The notes beneath the pieces were generated by a model, which had not been told where the DNA came from, searched no databases, and was given only the letters and a program-made list of their open reading frames with translations. Below, in pieces: positions 11,966 through 25,809 of a DNA stretch of 64,000 nucleotides; positions within the stretch are counted from its first letter, which is position 1; the number at the start of each line of letters is the position of its first letter. Location of the stretch: positions 122,822,001-122,886,000 of the forward strand of contig OX597815.1 of assembly GCA_951406725.2 (NCBI GenBank). Reading direction: 5' to 3'. This stretch comes from Octopus vulgaris (Eukaryota). The translations under genes and the position numbers were made by a program.

Positions 11966-12423
11966 GTTATTGTTATTATTATTATTATTAACAGAACTGT
12001 TATACCATCAAACGGCAGGTCTTTAGGCTTGTTTATGCAACATTATTGGTGATATCTACGAATTTCTTCTAGGCCTCCATTCAACAATAGTTGGGCTTCA
12101 TAGAATATAACTTCTCTTTCTTTTTTTCTGACATATTATAAACAAGATACTGCAATAGATGCCAGCCATTTCAACCAGTCATGCACATCACAGTCGCAAT
12201 CTGTTTTAAGATAACAAGCAGCATATATTCTTTAGACTTTCAGCTTGTAAAATCAATGTCGATCATATAAACTTGGTGAAACGATTTCTGAGTTTGCCAA
12301 AGATTAACAAGATATAGAATAAAGTTCATATGATATGAGAACCAAGTTTTGTGAATCATTTTGCAAATAATGTAGTATTCTGCTCTATTCATAAATAAAT
12401 GAATGGTAATAATGATGGAGGCT

Positions 12424-12620
12424 AAGGCGGCGAGCTGGTAGACTCATTAACATGCCGGTCAAAATGCTTTGCGGCATTTCGTACGTCTTTACGTTCTGAG
12501 TACAAATTCTGCCGAGGTTGACATTGCCTTTCATTCTTTCAGGTTGGATATTGGGGTCGATGTAATCGACTTATCCCCTCCCCCGAGCTTGCTGGCCCTG
12601 TGCAAAAATTTGAAACCAGT
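12424..12620 (+). mobile_element. SINE-A copy
   Basis: aaggcggcgagctggtagac...gccgaggttgacattgcctttcattc. Confidence 0.85.
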
Positions 12621-12638
12621 AATGATGGAGGTTGAGAG

Positions 12639-12699
<61 letters not shown>

Positions 12700-12868
12700 G
12701 ATTTTCAGGAGTCATCTGGCACTATGTTCTGCTTTGTGAGAATTTCTAATTGTTAATTCTTACCTGTACTCACCTGATGATAACGATTTTTTTTTTTGCA
12801 TGATGTGGCACTTTTCATCAATAAAGAACAGGTCTGAAACTGCTGTAGTGAACAGCAAACCATCCGTG

Positions 12869-12986
<118 letters not shown>

Positions 12987-13119
12987 TGTGGACTGTCGAG
13001 TTAGTCTCCTGCCACTCTGAGTTTCACCTGTTGCTGCACAGAATCTTCAGGTATGCCTCTGATTGTCTCTCGAATCCGAGAAAGAAGACTCTGCAATTGC
13101 CGAACGAACTGCACAGATG

Positions 13120-13350
13120 ACTTGTTCATAGTGATCAAATGTTTGTGTTGCACGTTAACTCACTCCCTCTGTCCAATCGACATTACATGTATAGGTGCAC
13201 GGTGTGCCACACTTCAGATGTCGAAGTGATTGCAGAGCAATGTGAGATGAAGTGCTTTGCTCAAGAACACGACGCGCCACACCGTCCGGGAATCGCACCC
13301 ACGATCTCGCAATCGTGAGTGCAATATCCCTAACTACTAGGCCACGCGCT
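13120..13350 (-). mobile_element. tRNA-derived SINE-D copy (relatives at 14480-14818, 17505-17610, 24630-24772, 30640-30760, 59010-59262)
   Basis: Minus strand gcgcgtggcctagtagttaggg...gggtgcgattcccgg...gttcttgagcaa. tRNA A/B-box-like head. Confidence 0.75.
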
Positions 13351-13385
13351 CTCCCAGGCACACGTACATACATACATACATACAA

Positions 13386-13546
13386 TCAGCCGAAATTGCG
13401 AAGATAATCTGGTACTTGACTGAGGAAAGAAAACTTCGAATGACCCGTCCTTGTTTTCTTTGTATAGTCTATCTGGATGTTTTGTTCCATTTTTGTATCA
13501 CCTAACTGTCTGGATGTTTTGCGTTCTTGTCCCATTTTGTATTTTT
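13386..13546 (+). mobile_element. 5'-truncated family 2 Penelope-like terminus
   Basis: Matches 8552-8712. Starts at tcagccgaaa directly after (CATA)n. Confidence 0.85.
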
Positions 13547-13639
13547 CTATATATATATGCATATATACATATATATTCATACTCACGTACACATTTTTAG
13601 TCTCTTAACTGTTTCCAGTTGTTGCCTCTCGCCGCTCTG

Positions 13640-13684
<45 letters not shown>

Positions 13685-13870
13685 CTGTCTTTCCCTCTCT
13701 CTTCGTCTTTTCCCTCCCCCCTCTCTCTCTCTGTCCTTTCTCTCTCCCTCTTTCCCCCCCTCTCTTATTCACTGTACTTCGCTACATGATTAACAGGGAT
13801 TCGCGTTGGATTGATCTGTATTCATCCCGTGCCCACCATTATCACTAATCTCATTACTCACCCCTCCCCA

Positions 13871-13904
<34 letters not shown>

Positions 13905-14076
13905 CTGATGGCGTTGCAATAAAGATTTCTGTCAGTCATATTTGCACTCGATACACTCCATCATTACATTTCTGTATTGCTTGTCAGTATTCCCTCCCCT
14001 CTCCACATCATTTCTTAGTAACATCCATTACTCTCTTACCATTGAAAATTCTTATTATCATCCATCTCTCTCTTTC

Positions 14077-14107
<31 letters not shown>

Positions 14108-15034
14108 TTCTCTCTCTTTCATCTCTCCCTTCCTTCTTTCACTTTTTCTCTCTCACAGTAAACATGTCACTGCCATCACTCTCCCTCTATCATTCCTGCT
14201 ATTTACTCTCTCTCTCTCTCTCTCTGGTTCATTTCTTGTCATCTCTCTCGTTCTTGGTCCCGCTGCCTTAAAAGTACAGAGACAACGCGGTGAAGAGAGG
14301 CTGCTTTAGTCTTGTGGAACACAGGTCAACCTTACTATTGCTGACGTCATAATAAACTGCATTGAGCACACTGTAGAACAAAGGCAACACAGAGTCGAGA
14401 GGCTCCTTTTGCTCTATCAAGGACATGACAATCTCTCTACTGCTAATGTCACTATATATTACACTCAGCACACTCTATAATGTGGTTGGCATTAAGAAGA
14501 GTAACTGGCATTCCATTAGTTACGACCATGAGTGTTCCAGTCGATTCGATCGACGGAACAGCCTGCTCACGAAATTAACGTGCAAGTGGCTGATCACTCC
14601 ACAGACACACATACTCTTAACGTAGTTCTCGAAATGATTCGGCGTGACACACAGTGCGATAAGGTTGGCCCTTTCTATTACAGTTACTGTCCAGTTTTTG
14701 CCAGCTGAGTGGACTGGAACAAAGTGAAATAAATTGTTTTGCTCGAGGACTCAACAGGAATTGAACTCACGACTTTAGATCATGAGCCGAATACCCTAAC
14801 CTCTAAATCACGCGCCTTCACAATAGGAAGGGTATCCGGCCGTAGAAGCTATGCCAAAGATGAAACATATGACATTAGAATAAGAAATGAGCAGAACATT
14901 GTATTATCAGTGCGCAGAAACATGGCTGATGATACGTCTGAGCTGAATATAATTTCATTATGTAAGTTTTTATTAAAGTTTAAATCCTACCCAAGAACTC
15001 ATTTATAGGTTTTATTATTGTATAGAAAGATAAA

Positions 15035-15860
15035 GCGGCAGAATCATTAGCACGCTGGACAAAATGCTTACCGGCATTTCGCCCGTCGCTGCGTTCTGAG
15101 TTCAAATTCCGCCGAGGTCAACTTTGCCTTTCATCCTTTCGGGGTTGATAAATTAAGTACCAGTTACGTACTGGGGACGATGTAATCGACTTAATCCGTT
15201 TGTCTGTCCTTGTTTGTCCCCTCTGTGTTTAGCCCCTTGTGGGGTAGTAAAGAAATAGGTATTTCGCCTGTCGCTACGTCCTGAGTTCAAATTCTGCCGA
15301 AGTCGATAAATTAAATACCAATGAAACACTGGGTCGATGTAATTGACTAGTCTCTTCCCCCCACCAAATTTCAAAATCAACTAGTCTCCCACTCCACTAA
15401 ATTTCAGGCTTTATAGTTGAAAAGATTATATAAGCCTTCACTCTTAGATATTTAGAAAATACTTTAACACATACTATATTCGTCCACACAAGTATCTAAA
15501 TAGAAGCAAATGTTGGATAGGATTGTACAGAATAAGGATCTGTTTGATTAAAACAATCTACGTTTTGGGGCCTTCTTTTTTTCACATAATGTGGGGAGAG
15601 GGGACGTTTGTAAAATGCTACTTGCATGTACATAGTATGATATCTGTAATAAGGAATATACGATGGCCCACTGGCAGAATCGTTAGCCATCGGACAAAAT
15701 GCTTAGTGGCATTTCTTCCGGTTCTTTACTTTCTGAATTCAAATCCCACCGAGGTCAACTTTGTCTTTCATCTCTTCGGGGACGATAAAATAAGGTACCA
15801 GCCAAGTACTGAGGTTGATGTATCTGACTTGTCCACCCCACCACTAAAAATTACTGGTTT
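15035..15860 (+). mobile_element. SINE-A copies (15035-15430, 15670-15860)
   Basis: Same head and core as the other SINE-A copies. Confidence 0.8.
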
Positions 15861-16273
15861 TGATTTCTGTAACAGACCGGCGTCCCATTCAGTTGGAGTA
15901 GAGGAGATATTGCGATCTCGGTTACTGCCAAGGAAACCGGCTAACCTTCATAGGACTCGAGGGAAATAACAAAAAAAAAGCAACAAAAAGCAAAAAAAAA
16001 AAAAAAAAAAACCTAACATTCGTTCAGTTCCTGTTGAATCTGCAGATACTGAAAATTTTAATCAATCATTTAGTGTTATTCTTCAAATGAAGCAATTTAG
16101 AAGAAAACTATATAATTTAATCGCGAAGTATGTTTGCCACCTAAATGTGGTGGACCTATAGGGGACGATGCTACTGTTGTTTATAGCCCCAGGAAGATAT
16201 CTCCTCCAGCTGGCTAACGGCACACTGTCTGTGTCCGATTAGTATTTGCGATTAGTATTAGCCTTACGTGATA

Positions 16274-16318
16274 CACACAGACCCAGGTTTCTGAGTAGTA
16301 ACCCATCATCAGTGTGTG
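16274..16318 (-). ncRNA. Type I hammerhead ribozyme motif, intact core
   Basis: Minus strand: cacaca CTGATGA tgggt tact actca GAAA c ctgg GTC tgtgtg. Confidence 0.85.
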
Positions 16319-16540
16319 ATAATCACCAGCTAGCGATAAGAACTCATTCCAAAGGCAAAATACTATATGCTTTTTCCAGTGACAAACTGTCACTTACTGT
16401 GCTGCTACTATTTATTTCTCGCTCAGAGATTTATAATTGTTTTGTTTCTCCTTTCTCGAGATCAGCGACAGTTTGTCACTGGAAAAAAGAATATAGTATT
16501 TTGCGTTTGGCATGAGTTCTTTTCGCTAACTCGTGATTAT

Positions 16541-16585
16541 CACACACTGATGATGGGTTACTACTCAGAAATCTGGGTCTGTGTG
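16541..16585 (+). ncRNA. Type I hammerhead ribozyme motif, intact core
   Basis: cacaca CTGATGA tgggt tact actca GAAA t ctgg GTC tgtgtg. Cleavage predicted after 16579. Confidence 0.85.
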
Positions 16586-17936
16586 TATCACGTAAGGCTA
16601 GCGATGGGAACGATGATTTCCCTTCGCAAATACTAATCGGACACAGACAGTGTATCGTTAGCCAGCTGGAGGAGATGTCTTCCTGGGGCTATAAACAACG
16701 GTAGCATCGTCCCCTATGGGTCCACCACATTTAGGTGACAAATATACTTCACTATTCTGTGCTACTACTGTTTACTTCTCGTTCAAAGATTTATTATTGC
16801 TTATATCATTTAAGTTTGCAAAAAAAAAAAAAAAAAAAAAGAAACAGCGGGGGCTTGAAATAAGCTCCAAAGTCATATTAGAAGAAAAGGAGTTTTATTT
16901 TAGGACAGATGAAGACGAGATAAATCAGTATGTAGCTATGCATTAAATATAACTTTTATTTATTTATTTATTTATTTATTAACGTGTCTAAAGAAGCAAA
17001 GTACATGGAAATTATGTAACACGGCGAAGATTGTCATCAACGTTATCATTATCAGATTCCTAAACAGAACCACAAAGTAGGTGTGACTTAAATGATATGG
17101 CTATACTATCACAACCTTACTGATATACGCTGATAGCTGATAGTTATCAAAATATTTCTCTAATCTTGTCAAGCTAAATCTTCTTATGTTACAAAGAGGA
17201 CGGGGTAGAATTTATGGAAAAGACGCTGATATAATTAGAAACCGAATATAACACACTTTTAGCTATAAACCAACTAATGCATTTGGGTTGTCATAATTTA
17301 GTTTTCTCCTTTTAACTGAAAAATACCTGTTGCTAAGACTGATAAAAGAAGTAAAAGCTATATTACTTGGTATTAGATATAGTTTTATATATATTTAATG
17401 CATGCAATAAATGTGGATTATATTATTTCAGTAAATTCAATTGGGGGAATTTTTGCAATGTTATATAAATTTTCAATGTGTTTCTTTTATTAAGAAAAAT
17501 ATATGGTCAAGTAGTTAACGTGTTCAGCTCATGATTGTAAGGTCGTGAGTTCAATTCCTGGACGAGACGGTGCATTGAGCCTTTGAGCCAGATATCTTCA
17601 TTTCATGTAGTTATGAGTACCTGCCGAGTGCTAGGTTCTAAAATTAGTGGGTGCAAGCACATAAAAAAAGGCGCCTTGAGACATACCAAACAATTTTTAA
17701 CTCGTTTCTTGTATATTACACAAAATATTTCATTACTCATAATATATATAATTGTATTCTGCATTCATTAATTTCATGTTTCAGTAATAATTCCATTAAG
17801 TATGCAACTTAAACTACTGACATTGGTAACTAAAGAGTTTTTTTTTAATAAATTGTTGAAAAGACGCCAGTTTTGAAAACAGTGCGACTGCACCCCTTGC
17901 TCCCCTATCAGCTACGTCACTACCCTCACTGCATCT

Positions 17937-18048
17937 AGCTGTCACATCCTGAGAAGGTATCTGTTTATGCTTGCGACGACACAGGCACCTAAAGCAACTA
18001 ACGAAAACATTGTTACCCAGTCATACTCACTCGCGAGTGATGTCTGGC
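17937..18048. repeat. Short TIR-bearing dispersed repeat (second copy 30801-30950)
   Basis: Both copies start (c)agctgtca and end gcgagtga..ctggc, with similar interiors. Confidence 0.5.
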
Positions 18049-18287
18049 AGTATTCTGTATTTTACTCGTATATTTCTGAGTGAATTTGTACAATATGTGA
18101 TAGACTTTTTATGTTCTTTATTGGAGAACCTATGTCGTTTCCTAAGCCAATAGACAAATGACTAAGACCACATGAGAAAATCAAGGAAGGAATTCAAAGA
18201 GAAATGGGTTCTATCCTCCCATTCAAATTTTTTTGTTTTTTCAATGAATGAATGTCTGTTTATATACATGTGTAACTTTGCTTTGTA

Positions 18288-18520
18288 GGCGCAATGGCCC
18301 AGTGGTTAGCGCAGTAGACTCGCAGTCATAATATCGCGGTTTCGATTCCGAGACCGGACGTCGTGAGTGTTTATTGAGCGAAAACACCTAAAGCTCCACG
18401 AGGCTCCGGCAGGGGGTTGGCGAACCCTGCTGTAGTCTTTCACTTCAACTTTCTCTCACTCTTTCTTCCTGTTCAGTTAATCGGATCAACTGGAATCCTC
18501 GTAACCGACGGAGTGCCACG
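18288..18520 (+). mobile_element. tRNA-derived SINE-C copy (second copy minus 53535-53843)
   Basis: ggcgcaatggcccagtggttag...ggtttcgattccg...ttgagcgaaaacacctaaagctccacgaggctccgg. Confidence 0.85.
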
Positions 18521-19564
18521 ATAACTTTGCTAGATAATCGTTTCATGGTTGAAAGAAGAGTTGATCTTTGTCTTTTCATCATCACCGTCGTCGTCGTTGT
18601 CGTTTTAATGCTGACATTTGTGTTACAAAGTTCATTGATGCAGATTTTCTACAGGCAGACCTCTTCGCATCGCCAACTTTTACCTGTTTCCAATCAAGGT
18701 AATATATCCCCCACCCTCTTTGAACATATCTACCACAAAGGTCAGACATGGTTTCACAGATTATTGCAAACGAACGACACCACTTGTACGATGGTGACGT
18801 TTGTTTACAATTTAAGTGCAATATCAAGACAAGATGACATATACTTCACGTGCACAATCACATACATACGTACATACATAGACACACTCTTTTTCTCTCT
18901 CCCCCTCTCTCTCTCTCATATACACACAAATACACAAAAGAAGTCGCGTACATACATACACTCACACACACACACGTATGTTTACAAAGTTTACTATATC
19001 CACTCAGCAGGCTTTGGACAACCTGGGGTTATAGTAGAAGACACTTGCTCAAGGTACTTCGTTGTGGGATGGAACCTGAAACCAAATGGTTAAGAAGTGA
19101 ATATTTTAACCACACAACTATGCCCGCCTTTGAATGCCTCTTTTCTTGCTTATGATTCAGTTTCATTTAATTTAATTTGAATTCTCTCCTTCACGCAACC
19201 ATTCACACTTAGCGTTTTCAGTCTCCAAAATACAGGCTGGCTATGAGGTGCTGGTAGGGATCTACTAAAAGCAGTGGAACAAGTTCAAATCATACTATAG
19301 TTATTGTGTCATGCCCCAGTCAAGGTACATAGCCAACATTGTTCTACTTTTCAAAGTGGTTAAAAACAGGTTTCTCTCCTATTTCACCCCTGAATGGCTA
19401 GCAGTAGGAAAAGCATCCAACCATAAAAACATCTGTTTCAATAAACCCAGGTGTAAAAGCTTGTAAAAAGTGTGATATTAATAAACAATGATAACCAAAT
19501 TATGATGGGAAACTTCGCAAATTATTTTAATTAATCATTTAATTAAATTATATTATTAATATAC

Positions 19565-19709
19565 AGGCACAATCATGGTTGTGTGGTTAAGAAGCTCGAT
19601 TTGCAGTATCGTGGTTTTCAGTTCTGTTCCGCCCTGCGGCATATTGGGTAAGTGCCTTCTACGATAGTCCCGGACTGAATTTGGTTGACGGAAACTGTGT
19701 AGAAGACAG

Positions 19710-19710
<1 letters not shown>
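19565..19710 (+). mobile_element. CORE-like SINE-B copy (relatives near 19003-19128, 24950-25230, 33685-34150, 45505-45630, 49910-50300, 57450-57800, 58760-58940, 61960-62180)
   Basis: tRNA-like head, a ccttgggcaagtgtcttc-type CORE-like block, ggaaactg, then an internal (TG)n. Confidence 0.75.
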
Positions 19711-19750
<40 letters not shown>

Positions 19751-19751
<1 letters not shown>

Positions 19752-19970
19752 AGTAATTCCTCGACTATCGCGGGTGTTACGTTCCAAAAAACCCGCGATA
19801 GGTGAAAATCCGTGAAGTAGAAACAGTATTGAACTGTATATATATTTTTTTTTTTATAATTTGTATATATTTATTTTGTTATAAATGCAAAACAATACCG
19901 CGGAGGAACCGACAAAAGCTTAAATAATAAACCATGATAGGTGAACCGCTGATATCGCGAGGGATTATTT
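19751..19970. mobile_element. Tigger/pogo-type MITE
   Basis: TA|CAGTAATTCCTCG...TATCGCG at the left and ATCGCGAGGGATTA at the right. Inserted at a TA in a microsatellite. Confidence 0.7.
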
Positions 19971-20009
19971 ATATATAAGGCAATTTTTAGATCCTAGTAA
20001 ACGTGAATG

Positions 20010-20165
20010 TATTATTACAACGCCGAATACTGTGGCATTCGCCTTGAGAGCTCTTCTTATGTAGACACATGGTGATAAGAGTACAGACTATACATCGTAG
20101 CAGGGGAAAACCGTGTGGCATGAGCGCCGGAACTGCCAGATTATGTGGTTTCGGTGTACTGCGCA
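20010..20165 (+). repeat. Unclassified dispersed repeat (second copy ~39133-39272)
   Basis: aacgccgaatactgtggcattcgccttgaga...cacatggtg...gaactgccaga is shared between the two loci. Confidence 0.6.
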
Positions 20166-21736
20166 ATTAAATATCTTTTAATAAGCCTGCTGGTTATCTG
20201 TGACATCAGTGACTGAGAAGTCACCGTTATTCTATTTATCATGGGCAGTTAGATTTGGCCGGTGTGCAGGGTTTGATGCCAGCTAATGAGGAAGCGCAGT
20301 ACGCTGAAATCATGTGATCAGGCAGATTCGGTGGTCATACTAGACGGTTCTCGTCTGCTACGATATGTATCTGTGCTCTTAGTACCACACAACTATGTGA
20401 CAGGACCACTCAAGGCGAAAGCCACGGTATTCAGCGTTCTGATAATGCATTCATGTTTTGTTGGAGATTACCATTCGGTATTTAATACTCTTTCTGTCGT
20501 TAATATTTTTGGTGTGTGTGTGTGTATGTGTGTGCGTGCGTGCATTTTTGTTTGTCTTCCCACCGCTTGACAACCAGTGCTGGTTTGTTATCGTCCACGC
20601 AACTTAGCAGCTCATCAAAATCGATCAATAGAATAAGCACCAGACTTAATAAAGTAAGTAGTGGGGGTCGATTTTTTCGACTAAACCTTTCAAGGCGGTG
20701 CTCCAACATGACCGCATGAAAGCTAAAAGATAAAAGTGAAAGATAAATGATATTTTTTGTCAATTACACTTTTTTCCTCAATATAATTCATGCTAATGTA
20801 ATGGTAGTAGTAATGGGGGTGGTACGGTGGGCAGTGGGAGTGAATATGTCATAAATCTTTTCTATCTTCTTTCGTTGACATCTTTTATTTCTTATAGAAT
20901 AAGCAATTATTATATTTACCATGCTTGAAATACCTTCTCCATTCATTACTAGTTTGCAGAATATAGGAATGTACTACCATTAATGTTTCTAATTGACTGC
21001 CTGCATACATATCTTTATCCTTTCATCCGCTTGAAAAGCAACAGTCAAGATAGTGTTAACGTATTTAATGTAATGAGCGTCTAATACCTAATTATAAATA
21101 ATTATTTGGTTCGGTGAATAAAAGACATCAGTTGAGTGGTTAATATTGTTTTAATAATTTTAGCAAGTATAGGAAATATCTCTGGACATGTTTCAGATAT
21201 ACCAGACCGCCTCATGGAAGCACCGTTTTTTCTTCATCAGACATAATTATAGTAACATTAGTAATTGAGCTAACGTCACCTTTTCTTCCTTTGAATTAGC
21301 CTTGTTTACGCTTACTGCATAAAATATATTTTAAAAAAATAACTCACCTAATGAGGTTTGATAAGATCGAAATGTAAATGAAATTGCCTCCCATATTTGT
21401 CACAACGATTAAAATATCATTAATCATTCACTACAATAAATACTAACACTAATTTAATTATTGTTTTTTTTAAGCAGGTGGAGCCTCTGAATAATTAACC
21501 ACAGTGATTTATAATTTATAATATATATGTCTGCGTAAATGATATGGTATTTTTAAAAACTATTCTCAAATAAACTTATGGTTATCATTGATCATATAAA
21601 GAACTGCCATGTTGTATGTATGTATGTATGTATGTATGTATGTATGTATGTATGTATGTATGTATGGATGGATGGATGGATGGATGGATGGAAAGAAGGA
21701 TGGATAGCTAGCTAGCTAGCTAGCTAGCTAGCTAGC

Positions 21737-21813
<77 letters not shown>

Positions 21814-22245
21814 CTTGAGGCTGATGAAATAAGCAGAAGCGGCAGAATGGCGGAGTTGTTAGAGTGTTGGATCAAATACCTTATGGTATTTGTTTCGATT
21901 TTGCACTCTGAGTTCAAATCCCACAAAGGTCAGTTTTGTCATCTTGTTGGGGTCAGTAAAAACGTGCCAAACGAAGGCAATGAATTCACAGAATTATAAG
22001 AATGACGGACTGAATGTCTGGTGGTATTTGTTCTGGCTCTTAAAATCTTGAGTTTGAATCCCGCCATGGCCTCCTTGGAGTGTAGACTTAATCCATTGCC
22101 TGGTTTAAAGTATACCTGGTCCTTGGGTGCTTCTAACAGAGTACACTCTGTAACAACTGTTCAGACCAGGTCGTTGGTATGAGGATGCATTTTTTTCTTC
22201 CTTCTCTCTCACCATCCTTGCAGGCCCTGCAGTGTCTATACGCAC

Positions 22246-22361
22246 CAGTAGCGAAGCTGGTGGCGTAAGGCGGCGAAGGGGCAGTTCCTCATCTCTTGGC
22301 GACTCTGCAGAGACAGGCTCGAAATCTTCCCCGGGTGACACACACTCTAGCTACTCCACTG
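22246..22361. mobile_element. hAT-like MITE (relative at ~33132-33236)
   Basis: Ends cagtagcgaagct / agctactccactg. Flanks atacgcac / atgagcac resemble a decayed 8-bp TSD. Confidence 0.6.
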
Positions 22362-23675
22362 ATGAGCACTGTCTTTCCTCTGGCTAGAAGATCGAAAAAA
22401 TCTAAGAGTGAAATGGTGTTTATTCCTACAGCCACAAATGGAATTTATCTTACATCCAGCAGATATAAATTCTTTCCTGTTGATTTCTGCTGCAGATCAA
22501 AAAGAAGTGTGTGGCTCTAATCCTCGATTAATTCAACAGCATGTTACCCTTAAACCCACCTTGACAGAGTTCTGATCCTAATACAAACTTCTAGAACATA
22601 TATCTCTTCCGACTACAGCTTGTTAAAAATACATAGCAGATTTACTCCGTGCTTTTTTTATTCGTTATTTTATTTATTTTTTCTCATATACAAGATTTCG
22701 TGAGCGGGGAAAAAACGTGTTTATGTAAGATTTAAGTAACGTGAACGTAGTCCGATAGTGTTATTTATTCTGTGTGACTCGGTAAATAGCACATTCCAGG
22801 TAGCTAGCTATAGATATTATACACTCTCTCTCCATTTCCTATCGCTCTCGTTCCATATGTCTGCCTATCTTCTTGTTTCTATCTCTTCTCTTAGATATCA
22901 GCACACGTGAGACGCGTTATTATCTTCAGCACAACTTGATAATAGCTATAACTGAACGACGCAGCAGAACTATGTGTGCGGCGCGTGCGCTTGTGTGCGT
23001 TTGTGTGTACGTATGTGAACGACAGCTGATGAAGTTATTAAGAACTATAAAAACTCGTATATATTAAGCTCTATTTTTGTCTACCGGTGGCATATAGTGT
23101 TTAATCGTATGCTATTTTATTATGATATATATTATTATAGATGGAGTCGTTATTTTAGTGTTTACTAATTTCCAAACACATTTTAAAATCGATCCTTTTG
23201 ATTTTCAGCTATCAAATATAGACCAAAGAATGGATACGTTCTAATAATGTGTAGCACTCTAGTAATTTAATAATGATTATAATAATGGCAATGATGATGA
23301 TGATGATTATAGTGGGAAGAAGTGTTTATTTGAATAACAGATTCTTGAGCTCGAAATACAGCGCCCTATTCAATGCTTTGACTTCTTCATAAGCTCGTAA
23401 CTCAAACTATATACAAATAACACAAAACCAGGAATAATAGTTTTATTTCTAAATAAACACGACAAATTAATCATTATCGAAAACAATTCTTCTCGATAGC
23501 ACATGTACACCTCTTTCTAAAACAGTAAAATATTTTAATGTTATATTGGACAAACACAAGACTTTCAAGTTGGAAACGGTTTCGTTTTAGTGTTTAGATA
23601 AAAGAAATAGTCGAATGATTCGGTACAGCTGCGCAGAGAAAGGAGAGAGAGAGAGTGGAAAGAGAGAGAGAGAAA

Positions 23676-23743
<68 letters not shown>

Positions 23744-23908
23744 CAACAGTGTTGAAATATTTATATTGCGCAACTACTACGCTATTTGCTTTTTATCCAG
23801 GAGCAATTGCCGAATTGTAAAATTGCGCAAGATGTTAAAAATATACTATTTCAAATTTAGAAAGAAAAAGAAAATCCAAGTCAATGAGCAGGAAGGTGGT
23901 TCATTCAT

Positions 23909-23948
<40 letters not shown>

Positions 23949-25096
23949 TCTCAATAAAGTTTTAGATTTCCGAATAGCTAGTCGTATTTTGGCCCAAAGT
24001 TTCTTTGATAGTTATATATGGTAAAGACTCTGAATCAGTATTTTTTCTTTCTTTTTATGAGTAAATTGATAAACTGCCAATCCAATAAACCTTAGACGTA
24101 GGTCTATCAAAAGCTTAAGGAGTCAAAAGGCCAGAGCATAACTGAGATTACAACACTGCCCTCTCAACGGGACGCCGGTCTGTCACAAGATGAACTCCCC
24201 AGTATTACTGGACATGATATTTAGTGTTGGCTATTTGCAATGAAAAATGTTGATAATACAAATGCCGACTTGGAGGAGAGAAAAGCTGCCGTGTCCGTAG
24301 AAAGCTGTCTATGGGACATCGTGTGAATGTTCACAATGGATCCGTTGAGAACCCGAACGTCTGCGTTAAAGTAAGAAGCTGTCTGCTCAAATGCTGGATC
24401 TCGTCTGCACGGCAAGAAGTGGGGGTATGTGAATCAGACAGCCTTGAGTTAAGCACCAAACTGTTTTATGAAGTGACAAGGGGTTAAATTTTAAGCCATA
24501 TCACACCACAACTTCACGCTGATCGGTCGATTTATACATCAATCACGTGAAACTGTGGTGGCTCACTCGTGGTGCCTAACTGACCTATCAAGCGGTTAGG
24601 ATTCGAATCTCTGCTACACCAGATATCACTGGAACTGGTTTTCAGCTGCGTGAACTAGAATAACTTGGAGTGAATTGTTTTGTGCTCAAGAACACAATGC
24701 CCGCTTGGATCCGGAATTGAAACCACGGTTTAACGATCGTAAGTGAAATACACTAACCACTAGACCACGCACCTTAAACAACCAAATAAAAAGGAAAATA
24801 AAGTTAATATTATTGTATATCTGTTGAAATATTCGAACAAAATATTACTAAAATGGTTGGTTACTTTTTTCTGTTTCTCATATGAGAAGAAATAATTTTG
24901 AATACGTTGTCGTCAATTTCAACATGGTATCCATACTGTTTTATTGGAATTCTTTCATTGGACTACAGCCATGCTGGATCACCGCTCTGTAGAACAATTT
25001 GAAGAAATCGACCGCTGGTACTCATTCTATCGAGGTTTTGCCGAAATGGTAAGATTTGGGGATTGTAAATAAACTAACACATGTCAAGCGGAACTG

Positions 25097-25142
<46 letters not shown>

Positions 25143-25809
25143 CAGGTTGCAACGCAACTTGGGCCATGCAGTGGGACTGAATCTGAACCCACATGGTTGC
25201 AAAGGGTATTTCTTAACCACAAAGCCATATGTGCGCACATATACACAGGGTGTATGTGTGTGTGTACGTATATATGTGTTCGTGCGTCTTTGTGTGTGTG
25301 TGTGTGTGTATGCTTGTGTGTGCGTGTGTGTATGTATGTATGTATGTATGTATGTATGTATGTATGTATGTATGCATGGACGTAAGTCTAAACTTCAAAG
25401 CCATCAAAGGCGTGCATTCGTTAGGGATTCTCTCAACAGCGTTATCTAATACTTAATACAAATCTATTTCTGATCTACGAAAGTAATATTTATTTCCCAG
25501 TTCCTTTTGTTCGTATTCAGAGAAAACTGCTTCAAATTTTACCACGTACCAATTAGTAACAGTCATAGAAACATTACATATTGGAATATTATGGTCCAAA
25601 ATATAATTAACTGTTCGGAAATCTCAGACTTTCTCGGTGTTAAAAATGAAATAAAAACAAAAACATAAACAAAAGAGAAACTAAAAGCGCTCATTGACTC
25701 ATTTTTTAAAAAATTTGAAATGGTATACTCTTAACATTTTGCGCAAATTTTCACTTCTGTAATCCTTCTTGGATTGGCAAGCAGCGCAGAGTAATTACGC
25801 AATACGTTT

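Larger units (their letters stand above)
16125..16750. mobile_element. Inverted-repeat element (arms 16125-16391, 16467-16750) with one HHR per arm
   Basis: Arms are reverse complements with scattered mismatches and one indel. Confidence 0.85.

Noticed and set aside
13005-13056. Minus-strand CTGAAGA...GAAActcagagtg motif
   Set aside because: Cleavage triplet would be GUG and stem I does not pair.
18288-18360. tRNA gene
   Set aside because: It is the tRNA-derived head of a SINE that continues into the repeat body and recurs at 53.5-53.8 kb.
21181-21385. Two HHR-like remnants (minus CTGATGA...GAAACATGTC; plus CTAATGA...GAAATGTA)
   Set aside because: Stem I unpaired or core mutated. At best decayed PLE motifs.
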